A program made the translations under genes and the position numbers. Below are positions 32,732 to 40,185 of a DNA stretch of 42,157 nucleotides, piece after piece (positions within the stretch are counted from its first letter, which is position 1; each line of letters starts with the position of its first letter). The notes below the pieces were generated by a model. The model was not told where the DNA came from. It searched no databases and saw only the letters and a list, made by a program, of their open reading frames with translations. Source of the stretch: a virus; the IMG/VR virus record IMGVR_UViG_3300001199_000019, positions 1 to 42,157 of that record. One strand, given 5' to 3'.

Positions 32732-32760
32732 TTGACACGCTATCGTAAGTGTGCTTACAC
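32732..32760 (+). promoter_or_regulatory. early-operon promoter candidate (PL-like) with embedded operator copy 3
   Basis: TTGACA, 7 nt, then GTAAG-tgtg-CTTAC (operator at 32745..32758). The spacing matches the cro-side promoter. Confidence 0.55.
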
Positions 32761-32771
32761 TGCCCACCGTC

Positions 32772-32891
32772 ATGAACCACCGCACCTGCCACCTCCGCGA
32801 ATCCGCCGCCTTCCGGCTAGGGCTGATGCTCGGCGCCGGCGGAATGGCGATGGCGGTCATGGTGCTGATCGCCATTTTCATCCACCCATAA
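32772..32891 (+). CDS. 39-aa hydrophobic peptide, first ORF of the early operon
   Basis: MNHRTCHLRESAAFRLGLMLGAGGMAMAVMVLIAIFIHP. It lies below the ORF-track size cutoff and was translated by hand. Confidence 0.3.
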   Translation: MNHRTCHLRESAAFRLGLMLGAGGMAMAVMVLIAIFIHP

Positions 32892-32901
32892 GGAGCCACC
32901 A

Positions 32902-33309
32902 ATGCCAACTGCCGAAGCCGCCCAGCAAGCCACCGACCTCGAGTACCCGCTCACCATCGCGTTCCCACAGATCAACCCGGGCGAGAAATTCGCCGGCGTC
33001 ATCGTGAGCGCCGACGGCAAGTACCGCCACGCCTTGATTCTGCTGCCCGGCGAAGCCGAGCCGAACAACTGGCAGGCGCAGATGGAGTGGGCGGCGAGCA
33101 TCGGCGGCGAACTGCCAGACCGCGTCGAAGTCGCGCTCTTGTTCGCCACGCTACGCGATGAGTTCAAGCCGGAATGGTACTGGACCAACGAGCAGCTCGC
33201 CGCGGGCAGCGACTGTGCCTGGCTGCAGATTTTCGGCTACGGCACCCAGAGCTACGGCCCCAAGTCGGACTACGCCCGCGCACGTGCTGTCCGCAGATCG
33301 CCCATTTAG
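32902..33309 (+). CDS. DGR target protein 2 (DUF1566 / C-type-lectin-fold-like, VR at the C-terminus)
   Basis: 135 aa. AAGGAG RBS. The C-terminus WYWTNEQLAAGSDCAWLQIFGYGTQSYGPKSDYARARAVRR is homologous to the TR. Confidence 0.8.
   Translation: MPTAEAAQQATDLEYPLTIAFPQINPGEKFAGVIVSADGKYRHALILLPGEAEPNNWQAQMEWAASIGGELPDRVEVALLFATLRDEFKPEWYWTNEQLAAGSDCAWLQIFGYGTQSYGPKSDYARARAVRRSPI
33192..33299 (+). repeat. variable region VR2
   Basis: It aligns without gaps to TR 37962..38069. In a hand alignment, the differences fall on TR adenines except at TR T38044. Confidence 0.8.
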
Positions 33310-33331
33310 TCATTCAGCAATTTAACAATTT
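33306..33331 (+). promoter_or_regulatory. conserved AT-rich element downstream of VR2
   Basis: TTAGTCATTCAGCAATTTAACAATTT matches 22 of 26 positions of the element after VR1. It is absent after the TR. Confidence 0.5.
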
Positions 33332-33343
33332 CGGGAGGCCGCC

Positions 33344-33646
33344 ATGCCGAACGCCGCCGCTAGTCTCAACCACGCCGTTGTCGATCCCAGCGCGCGAGCG
33401 TTGCGGACACATCGCCTCGGCACGGTCAACTTCACCACCACGCCGCACCACATCGAGCGCATCGGACCCCGGGTGTTCCTCGTGTTCGAGGAGCACGGCA
33501 CCAAATACAGCCTGAACCTCACCACGGCAAACGCCCGCTTGGTTGCCACCTGCCTCACGGTCGGCGCCTGCGAGGCCGAAGCCATGGAGCGCAAGGCACG
33601 CCAGAAGGCCGAACGCCGCGCGGCGGCAATCGCAAAACCCGCCTAA
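33344..33646 (+). CDS. hypothetical protein
   Basis: 100 aa ORF with a GGGAGG RBS. Confidence 0.5.
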   Translation: MPNAAASLNHAVVDPSARALRTHRLGTVNFTTTPHHIERIGPRVFLVFEEHGTKYSLNLTTANARLVATCLTVGACEAEAMERKARQKAERRAAAIAKPA

Positions 33647-33651
33647 TCCCC

Positions 33652-33846
33652 ATGAGCCAGAACCGCGACTACGCCACACGCGACCACGCCATCCGCTACG
33701 CGTTGCACGAACACGCTGAAGCAACGCTGGCCCTACGCGCAGCCGGTTGCCCACATACCGAGGCTTCACAAGTGGCATACCGCGCCGTTCAAGGCGACAA
33801 GGGACAAATCCGAAAAGGCCGTGCCTTACTGAGGAAACCAACATGA
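33652..33846 (+). CDS. hypothetical protein
   Basis: 64 aa ORF. ATGA overlap with the ParB-like start. Confidence 0.4.
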   Translation: MSQNRDYATRDHAIRYALHEHAEATLALRAAGCPHTEASQVAYRAVQGDKGQIRKGRALLRKPT

Positions 33847-35393
33847 CCACCACCCTGCAGCAGATCCCGATCACGCAGCTGCACGAGTCGCCGCTGAACC
33901 CACGGCGCACCTTCGACGAAAAGACACTCAAGGAACTCGCCGCCAACATCGCTCAGGTCGGCGTGCTCACGCCGCTGCTGGTGCGCCCGAACGCCAAGGG
34001 CTACGAGATTGCCGCCGGCCACCGCCGCTTCCGCGCCGCCAAGCTCGCGAAGCTCGCCGAGGTGCCGTGCGTCGTGCGGGATCTCGACGACAAGACGTTC
34101 CTCGAGATCATGACCATCGAGAACCTCCAGCGCGAGGACGTCCACCCGATCGACGAGGCCCTGGGCTACCAGGTGCTGATCGACAAGACCGGCATGGAGG
34201 TCGCCGCGATCGCGGCCAAGGTCGGCAAGTCCGAGTCCTACGTCTACCAGCGCCTGAAACTCGCCGCGCTCATCAAGCCGGCGCAGAAGGCCTTCCTCGA
34301 CAACAAGGTCACCGCCGGCCACGCCATCCTGATCGCGCGACTGCAGCCCAAGGACCAGGAGGAAGCGCTCAAGTTTTCTACGCGCGGATTTAACAGCAGC
34401 GTGCGGAATCTGGCGGACTGGATCGACGACAACATCCACATGGACCTGCACGCGGCGCCATTCAAGAAGGATGACGCGCAGCTGGTGCCCAAGGCCGGCC
34501 CCTGCACGACCTGCCCCAAGCGCACCGGGTTCACCCCCGCCCTCTTCCCCGACATCGCCAAAAAGGACACCTGCACCGACCGCGTATGCTTCCAGGCGAA
34601 GCGCGCGGCGTTCGTCGCGGGCAGGAAGGCCGAGCTCGCGGAGCAAGGCGAAAAACCGGTCGAGCTGTCCGAGGAATACTACCGCGCCGCAAAAGGCGCG
34701 CTCGCCAAAGACCACTGGATCGAGGTCGGCAACCGGTTCAACAAGGTCTGCGAACACACCCGCGCCGGCATCATCGTGGAAGGCGACGACCTCGGGCGCG
34801 TGCTCAAGGTCTGCATCGAACCGAAATGCCGCGTCCACCGCGGCGCGCAGGAACGCGAGGGCCGATACATGGCGCAGACGGGCCGCAACTTCGCCCAAGA
34901 GCGCCGGCACCAGGCCAAGCAACAGGCGCGCGACCAGGCCATCGGCGTCATCGTCGAAAAAACCAAAGCGCTCGCCACCGACGACCTGCGCCTGCTCGCC
35001 AAGGCCTGCATGCACAACCTCTGGCACGACCACCTCAAGGGCCTCGTCAAGCGCCGTGGCTGGGACGTGAAAAAGGATAAATACGGCGGCTGGAATTACG
35101 CGGAACTTGCCGAGCAGAAGATCGACGGCATGAGCGCCGCCGAGGTCGCCGGCCTCCTCATGGAATACACCATGCTCGGTCGCGGCAGCGACGAGATGCT
35201 GCCGAAGGTCGCCAAGCAGCACGGCGTGAACCTCGCGAAGCTCGAAAAGACCGCGCTGGCCGCACTCACGGCCAAGGCCCGGGAGAAAGCCGCGAAGCAA
35301 AAGGCGGCCGCGAAAGCCAGCGCCAAGGCGAAAGTGCAGACGTCTGCAAAACCGAAAACGCCGGCGGCAAAGAAAAAGAAGGCACGCGCGTGA
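33843..35393 (+). CDS. ParB/Srx N-terminal-domain protein
   Basis: 516 aa. IPITQLHESPLNPRR...YEIAAGHRRFRAAK is the ParB-box signature. The C-terminal tail is Lys/Ala-rich. Confidence 0.8.
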   Translation: MTTTLQQIPITQLHESPLNPRRTFDEKTLKELAANIAQVGVLTPLLVRPNAKGYEIAAGHRRFRAAKLAKLAEVPCVVRDLDDKTFLEIMTIENLQREDVHPIDEALGYQVLIDKTGMEVAAIAAKVGKSESYVYQRLKLAALIKPAQKAFLDNKVTAGHAILIARLQPKDQEEALKFSTRGFNSSVRNLADWIDDNIHMDLHAAPFKKDDAQLVPKAGPCTTCPKRTGFTPALFPDIAKKDTCTDRVCFQAKRAAFVAGRKAELAEQGEKPVELSEEYYRAAKGALAKDHWIEVGNRFNKVCEHTRAGIIVEGDDLGRVLKVCIEPKCRVHRGAQEREGRYMAQTGRNFAQERRHQAKQQARDQAIGVIVEKTKALATDDLRLLAKACMHNLWHDHLKGLVKRRGWDVKKDKYGGWNYAELAEQKIDGMSAAEVAGLLMEYTMLGRGSDEMLPKVAKQHGVNLAKLEKTALAALTAKAREKAAKQKAAAKASAKAKVQTSAKPKTPAAKKKKARA

Positions 35394-35794
35394 ACGACAC
35401 CGATACACCGCACGGTGCGACCATGCGCGACGCGCACACAACCGATCCCGTCAAGCCGTGGCATAAATGGCCAACCAAGCATGTGCGCCTGCGCCTGCGC
35501 GTCGGCGATCACCAGACAACCATCGACGTGGAGATCGTCTCCGACGCCGCCGAGCTGGGTTTCAACGCCATGGAAAACGCGATCGGCGAAGCCTACCAGC
35601 ACCTGCCATCGCGCGACGTGCCCGCCGACCCCGACGACCCGGCGCTCGGCACCGTGCGCATGGCCTTCGCCGAACTCACCGACGTCGATGGTAATCAGCG
35701 CATCGTCGAGGACACCGACTTGCGCGGCGAGGAATGGCTCAAGGATTTAGTCGCGGGAATCGAAATCATCAACCAACAGGAAACCACACGATGA
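35390..35794 (+). CDS. hypothetical acidic protein
   Basis: 134 aa. The GTG start overlaps the ParB-like stop (GTGA). Confidence 0.45.
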   Translation: MNDTDTPHGATMRDAHTTDPVKPWHKWPTKHVRLRLRVGDHQTTIDVEIVSDAAELGFNAMENAIGEAYQHLPSRDVPADPDDPALGTVRMAFAELTDVDGNQRIVEDTDLRGEEWLKDLVAGIEIINQQETTR

Positions 35795-35997
35795 AAGCGA
35801 GACCCTTCAAGAAACTACGCGCTGCCTGGTTCCGCTTCCGCGCACGGCGGCTTAACCGCCATGCCGATGCGCTGCTGAAAGAAGCTGAGTATCACAAGGC
35901 TGCGGCGAAAACACACACCGCCGCATCGTCGATGTTTTGGTCGAAGGCGAGCGATGTCCGCACGGCGGCGCGCAAGCTACTCGGAGCGCTGTCATGA
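35791..35997 (+). CDS. hypothetical basic protein
   Basis: 68 aa. ATGA overlap. Confidence 0.4.
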   Translation: MKARPFKKLRAAWFRFRARRLNRHADALLKEAEYHKAAAKTHTAASSMFWSKASDVRTAARKLLGALS

Positions 35998-36191
35998 GCA
36001 TCGCCTCGGCAACTGCTCCCGGCGTTGCTCTACCTCCGCCATCCGTGGAGTCGTATATCCCGCGCATCGACTACGACCGGCGCCAGGCGACCGTGGTCGA
36101 GCGCTACCAGGGCGCGAAGGTCTGTGCGCGGATCTCCGTGCACCCGCTGCACACGGCACTGCGGTATTTTCTCCCAACCACCAAAACTTAG
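35994..36191 (+). CDS. hypothetical protein
   Basis: 65 aa. ATGA overlap. Confidence 0.4.
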   Translation: MSIASATAPGVALPPPSVESYIPRIDYDRRQATVVERYQGAKVCARISVHPLHTALRYFLPTTKT

Positions 36192-36205
36192 AGGAAGGAT
36201 TTGCG

Positions 36206-36607
36206 ATGGGATATATGACGGATGGACTGACGTTCAACACGCTACGCGCTGGCAATGTTGCGCGGTTGCCTACGTTCAAAAACAAACACGGCCAACTTGC
36301 CCACGATAAAGCAGATGGGTCGGATTGGTCGCCCGCCCAGTGGCTACAAGCGACCGTCGGGGAACTGGGTGAATACGCGAACATCCGCAAAAAATTTGAA
36401 CGTGGCGATTTAACCGAAGCCGAGTTCATGCGTGAAGCTACGCGCGAGTTGGCCGATGTGCAGATATATCTCGACCTGTTGGCGTTCCGGTTGGGCATCG
36501 ATTTAGGTCACGCAACAATGGAAAAGTTTAACGAAGTCAGTGCGCGGGTTGGAAGTCCGATCACCATAGATGCAGACGGTTGGCATCGCATCCAGCGAAG
36601 CCACTGA
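36206..36607 (+). CDS. MazG-like nucleotide pyrophosphohydrolase
   Basis: 133 aa. The ATVGELGEYANIRKK....REATRELADVQIYLDLLA helical pair is typical of the MazG/dimeric dUTPase-like family. Confidence 0.65.
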   Translation: MGYMTDGLTFNTLRAGNVARLPTFKNKHGQLAHDKADGSDWSPAQWLQATVGELGEYANIRKKFERGDLTEAEFMREATRELADVQIYLDLLAFRLGIDLGHATMEKFNEVSARVGSPITIDADGWHRIQRSH

Positions 36608-36828
36608 TGGTCGTGTACTTCCACAACCGTCACACCGAACCGCTGCAGGGGCTCATCCGGCGCTTACAGGCCGAGCCGGACCTGACGTCGGCCGAGACCG
36701 ATGCGCTGACCGATCTCACGCGCAACATCGAGCACGAAACAACCTGCGCGCCCTATCGCCTGTGGCAGCGCGACCAGATTAAAACGGAGAAACACGATCC
36801 ACAACCCGCAATCTCGGAGGCACCATGA
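36607..36828 (+). CDS. hypothetical protein
   Basis: 73 aa. TGATG overlap upstream and ATGA overlap downstream. Confidence 0.4.
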   Translation: MVVYFHNRHTEPLQGLIRRLQAEPDLTSAETDALTDLTRNIEHETTCAPYRLWQRDQIKTEKHDPQPAISEAP

Positions 36829-37439
36829 AGACCAGCACTAAAACCCCCACCATCCCCGGCACCGCCTTCGGCGGCGGGTTCTATGTCGGCCGCATCCGCG
36901 TCGACGACGCCGAATACGCTCTTATCGTTGCGCCGAAGGCCGAGGGCCAGCACGCCGACGGACCGTGGAACGAGTCGTCCGCCAGCGTGAAAGGCGCACG
37001 GAGCTACTGCGACGGACTCGCCAACACGAAGGCCATGGCCAAGGCGGGCAGCAAGCTCGCGCAGTGGGTGCTGGGGCTGCGCAGCGGCGGACACAAGAAC
37101 TGGTATCTGCCGAGCCAGGACGAGCTGGAGCTTTGCTATCGCCATCTCAAGCCCGGCACCGGGGGAAACTCGCTCTATGGCCGCTCGGGGCTGAACATCA
37201 GCGCGGTGCCGCCGACCTACCCCTACTGCACCGATGCCGCGAAGCAAACCAAGGCCAAAGCATTCCGCGAAGGCGGCGCACAGGCGTTCGATCAGGCCTG
37301 GTACTGGAGCTCAACGCAGCTCGCCGCGGACAGCGCCTATGCCTGGATGCAGCATTTCGGCTACGGCTACCAGTACGACGACCACAAGTCGTACGGCGGC
37401 TCGCGCGCACGTGCTGTCCGCAGATTAGTTATTCAGTAA
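36825..37439 (+). CDS. DGR target protein 1 (DUF1566 / C-type-lectin-fold-like, VR at the C-terminus)
   Basis: 204 aa. The NWYLPSQDELELCY block is typical of DUF1566. The C-terminus WYWSSTQLAADSAYAWMQHFGYGYQYDDHKSYGGSRARAVRR is homologous to the TR. Confidence 0.85.
   Translation: MKTSTKTPTIPGTAFGGGFYVGRIRVDDAEYALIVAPKAEGQHADGPWNESSASVKGARSYCDGLANTKAMAKAGSKLAQWVLGLRSGGHKNWYLPSQDELELCYRHLKPGTGGNSLYGRSGLNISAVPPTYPYCTDAAKQTKAKAFREGGAQAFDQAWYWSSTQLAADSAYAWMQHFGYGYQYDDHKSYGGSRARAVRRLVIQ
37312..37425 (+). repeat. variable region VR1
   Basis: It aligns to TR 37958..38068. In a hand alignment, about 12 differences fall on TR adenines, with one T-to-G difference and one 3-nt insertion near the 3' end. 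Confidence 0.85.
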
Positions 37440-37450
37440 TTTAATTATTT
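37425..37450 (+). promoter_or_regulatory. conserved AT-rich element downstream of VR1
   Basis: TTAGTTATTCAGTAATTTAATTATTT matches 22 of 26 positions of the element after VR2. Confidence 0.5.
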
Positions 37451-37461
37451 GGTTTTTCAGC

Positions 37462-37818
37462 ATGGCCTTTCATACCGATTTGCAGATTTACAAGGTCGCC
37501 TACGACCTGCTGGGCGTGGCCGGCGATTACGTGCGCAACATGCCGCGCCCGATCAAGGCTGCGCTCGGCAACCGGGTGACCGAGCTGTGCGTTGAGATCG
37601 TGCTGTTGATTGCCAAGGCAAACAGCGTCCGGGACAAGGTGCCGCCTCTCGAAACCTTGCTCGAACGCAACGAGGAACTGAACCTGCTACTCCGGCTCTG
37701 CAAGGACAAGCGGTTTATTTCCCTCAAGCAGTACGCCGCGGCCATTGGTCTCACCGCCAGCGTCGGCAAACAGGCCAACGGATGGAAAAAACACAATGCA
37801 GCGTCGCCCGTTGCCTGA
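37462..37818 (+). CDS. avd: accessory variability determinant (Avd, four-helix-bundle protein)
   Basis: 118 aa. The helical pattern with a basic C-terminus (GKQANGWKKH) is typical of Avd / 23S rRNA IVS-type four-helix-bundle proteins. It lies between the target and the TR. Confidence 0.8.
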   Translation: MAFHTDLQIYKVAYDLLGVAGDYVRNMPRPIKAALGNRVTELCVEIVLLIAKANSVRDKVPPLETLLERNEELNLLLRLCKDKRFISLKQYAAAIGLTASVGKQANGWKKHNAASPVA

Positions 37819-37942
37819 CCGTCACGGCGGTCTGGCCTGTGCGACTTTTGATCTGGTCGCGCCGCTGGCCCACGAGGCCACCGCTATGCACGCGCGAGAC
37901 CACTCCGGTGCAGTTCCCCCGCTGAACATTCGGCGGGGCGAC

Positions 37943-39190
37943 ATGGAATGCGCGAACCAACGCAGCACGCCGCGAACAGCGACTATGCCTGGATGCAGAA
38001 TTTCGGCAACGGCAACCAGAACAACGACCACAAGTCGAACAACTACCGCGCACGTGCTGTCCGCAGATCACTGCCATCCGGGCCATGCTGACTTTTCTTT
38101 CGAGGAGTTGGTGGTCGCGTATTTCGACTGCCGGCGCACCAAGCGCAACAAACCCTCGGCGCTCGCCTTTGAGCAGGACCTGGAGCGCAACCTGGTACGG
38201 CTCCACGACGAGCTGCAGGCCGGCACCTACCGCCCGGGCGCCTCCGTCTGCTTCGTCATCACGCGGCCCAAGCCGCGCGAGGTATGGGCGGCGGACTTCC
38301 GCGATCGCATCGTCCATCACCTGCTCTACAACCGCATCGCGCCCCGGTTCTACGCCACGTTCATTGCCGACTCCTGTGCCTGCATCCCGGGCCGCGGTAC
38401 GCTCTACGCCGCCCAGCGTCTCGATGCCAAGGTGCGCTCGATCACGCAGAACTGGTCCCGGCCGGCGTGGTACCTCAAGTGCGACCTCGCCAACTTCTTC
38501 GTCTCAATCGACAAGCGCATCCTGCGGGATCTGCTGGCCAAGCGTATCACCGAACCATGGTGGCTGTGGCTGGCCGAGACCATCCTGTTCCATGACCCGC
38601 GCCCGGACGCGGTGCTGCACAGCCCGGCGGAACGCCTGGCGCTGATCCCGCCGTACAAGAGCCTGTTCAACCAAGACGCCGACCACGGCCTGCCGATCGG
38701 CAACCTGTCGTCGCAATTCTTCGCCAACGTCTACCTGGACAGCCTCGACCAACACGTCAAGCACAAGCTGCGCGCGCGGCACTACATCCGCTACGTCGAC
38801 GACTTCGTGCTGCTGCACGAATCGCCGCAGTGGCTCAATGCCGCGCTGGCCGACATCGAGGCCTTCCTGCCAGAGGTCCTGGGTGTCCGGCTGAACCCGA
38901 CCAAGACCATCCTGCAGCCGGTTGTGCGCGGCATCGACTTCGTCGGCCAGGTCATCAAGCCCTGGCGCCGGACCTTGCGTCGACGCACGTTCAACGAGGC
39001 CCTGCACCGCGTGAGTGGTATGGACGCCGGCGACCTGTTCGAGTCGGCCAACAGCTACTTCGGCCTGCTGCGCCAAGCCACGCACAGCCACGCCGACCGC
39101 GTGCGGCTGGCGAGGATCGTTCGCCGACGCGGATTCGCGGTGAACGGGACGCTGACCAAGACTTACCGCGGGAGAAATCAAAGAGCATGA
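37943..39190 (+). CDS. DGR reverse transcriptase
   Basis: LPIGNLSSQFFANVYL (the DGR-type IGxxxSQ motif), the IRYVDDFVLL catalytic box, and FRDRIVHHLLY. The start is uncertain: in-frame ATG at 37943 or 37985, or GTG at 38054. The conserved N-terminus begins near 38090. Confidence 0.85.
   Translation: MECANQRSTPRTATMPGCRISATATRTTTTSRTTTAHVLSADHCHPGHADFSFEELVVAYFDCRRTKRNKPSALAFEQDLERNLVRLHDELQAGTYRPGASVCFVITRPKPREVWAADFRDRIVHHLLYNRIAPRFYATFIADSCACIPGRGTLYAAQRLDAKVRSITQNWSRPAWYLKCDLANFFVSIDKRILRDLLAKRITEPWWLWLAETILFHDPRPDAVLHSPAERLALIPPYKSLFNQDADHGLPIGNLSSQFFANVYLDSLDQHVKHKLRARHYIRYVDDFVLLHESPQWLNAALADIEAFLPEVLGVRLNPTKTILQPVVRGIDFVGQVIKPWRRTLRRRTFNEALHRVSGMDAGDLFESANSYFGLLRQATHSHADRVRLARIVRRRGFAVNGTLTKTYRGRNQRA
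37958..38069 (+). repeat. template repeat (TR)
   Basis: In the VR reading frame it reads NSDYAWMQNFGNGNQNNDHKSNNYRARAVRR, with seven AAC codons. The 3' 22 nt are identical in TR, VR1 and VR2. Confidence 0.85.
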
Positions 39191-39441
39191 ACAGCGATAA
39201 CGTCAGGCCCAAGAAGTGCTGCGTGCCGGGAACCTACGAGTGCCAAGTTCCGATGCCAATCCGCCGCCGCATTGAGTACATCGACTACTGCATCGCTGAC
39301 ATCGTGGCGGCGCTGAACGCGGCAAATATCCTAACTGTCGCGTCGTGCTGTGGGCACGCAGAGTTTGACGCCATCATCTCGCTGAATGATGGGAGAGAGA
39401 TTCGTATCAAAAACGCCGTGAGGCCGTGGGAGAAAACATGA
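39187..39441 (+). CDS. Cys-rich small protein directly after the RT
   Basis: 84 aa. KKCCVPGTYEC...YCIADIVAALNAANILTVASCCGH. ATGA overlap with the RT stop. The DNA is visibly AT-richer here. Confidence 0.5.
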   Translation: MNSDNVRPKKCCVPGTYECQVPMPIRRRIEYIDYCIADIVAALNAANILTVASCCGHAEFDAIISLNDGREIRIKNAVRPWEKT

Positions 39442-39701
39442 GCGCATTTATCAGACAGTTTCGATACACAGTCTTGAAAGACCGGGACGTACACCTTGGC
39501 TTGAACAAGGCCGAGCGTACCGAGCTTGAGGCGCTGTGCGTCAAGGTTGACCAATACCGCGCCAGCGTAGGCCGTCCGTCGCTTATCTGCGTAGTCGTCG
39601 AGGCCGACTGGCCGGAATACGAGCCGACGTGGGATGCCATCGAGAAGCGCGTGACGACAGAGGGATCGCTTGGCGCTGGGCAAGTAGGAGAAAGTTCATG
39701 A
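39438..39701 (+). CDS. hypothetical protein
   Basis: 87 aa. ATGA overlaps at both ends. Confidence 0.45.
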   Translation: MSAFIRQFRYTVLKDRDVHLGLNKAERTELEALCVKVDQYRASVGRPSLICVVVEADWPEYEPTWDAIEKRVTTEGSLGAGQVGESS

Positions 39702-39973
39702 GCGCAACGCCGAATGCACCGAAGCCGATGAAATCTCAGCCCGACAAAGAGCCAGTGGCCGAAGAAACATTCGGCAGCAAGCTCAAACAGATGCGCAAGG
39801 ATCTGATCTCGATCGCCAATCGCATGAACATCGACAAGAGCGAGGACATCGCCGACATGGCGCAGAAGGCGCTGAAACACATCACCGAGCTCGAACGGGA
39901 GATAAAGAGAACTTTCGAGGACCTGGAGTGGGACTGGCAGCCTCACGACCCGGACGATGAGGACGACGCATGA
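39698..39973 (+). CDS. hypothetical acidic protein
   Basis: 91 aa. ATGA overlaps. Confidence 0.45.
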   Translation: MSATPNAPKPMKSQPDKEPVAEETFGSKLKQMRKDLISIANRMNIDKSEDIADMAQKALKHITELEREIKRTFEDLEWDWQPHDPDDEDDA

Positions 39974-40185
39974 CCCGCAAGCTCGAAACCGAAGGTTATT
40001 GCTACATCGACGTCGAGGTCGAGGTCCGGCACATGACCGCCAAAGCGGCGCTCGTGCACGACGGCTCGCGCGAGGCCTGGCTGCCGTACTCGCAGATCGA
40101 GGACGGACTGGAGACGCTTGAAGTCGGCAAGCACGTCACGCTGCTCGTCCCCGAGTGGCTGGCGACGGAGAAGGGACTGGTCTGA
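39970..40185 (+). CDS. hypothetical protein
   Basis: 71 aa ORF. Confidence 0.45.
   Translation: MTRKLETEGYCYIDVEVEVRHMTAKAALVHDGSREAWLPYSQIEDGLETLEVGKHVTLLVPEWLATEKGLV

Larger units (their letters stand above)
36825..39190 (+). mobile_element. diversity-generating retroelement core cassette (target 1 - avd - TR - RT)
   Basis: Canonical DGR gene order, an adenine-specific TR/VR mismatch pattern, and DGR-type RT motifs. Confidence 0.85.

Noticed and set aside
33789-35441. 550-aa ORF on the minus strand, antisense to the ParB-like gene.
   Set aside because: The translation is low-complexity and rich in Arg/Gly/Leu/Val. The opposite strand carries a clear ParB-box protein in an operon of coupled genes.
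37429-37441. The 11-mer TTATTCAGTAA is shared between the VR1-downstream element and the repressor operator region (31412-31424), considered as a fourth operator.
   Set aside because: The VR1 copy lacks the CTTAC half-site at the N4 spacing, so only a half-site-like match remains. The match is likely coincidental between two AT-rich segments.
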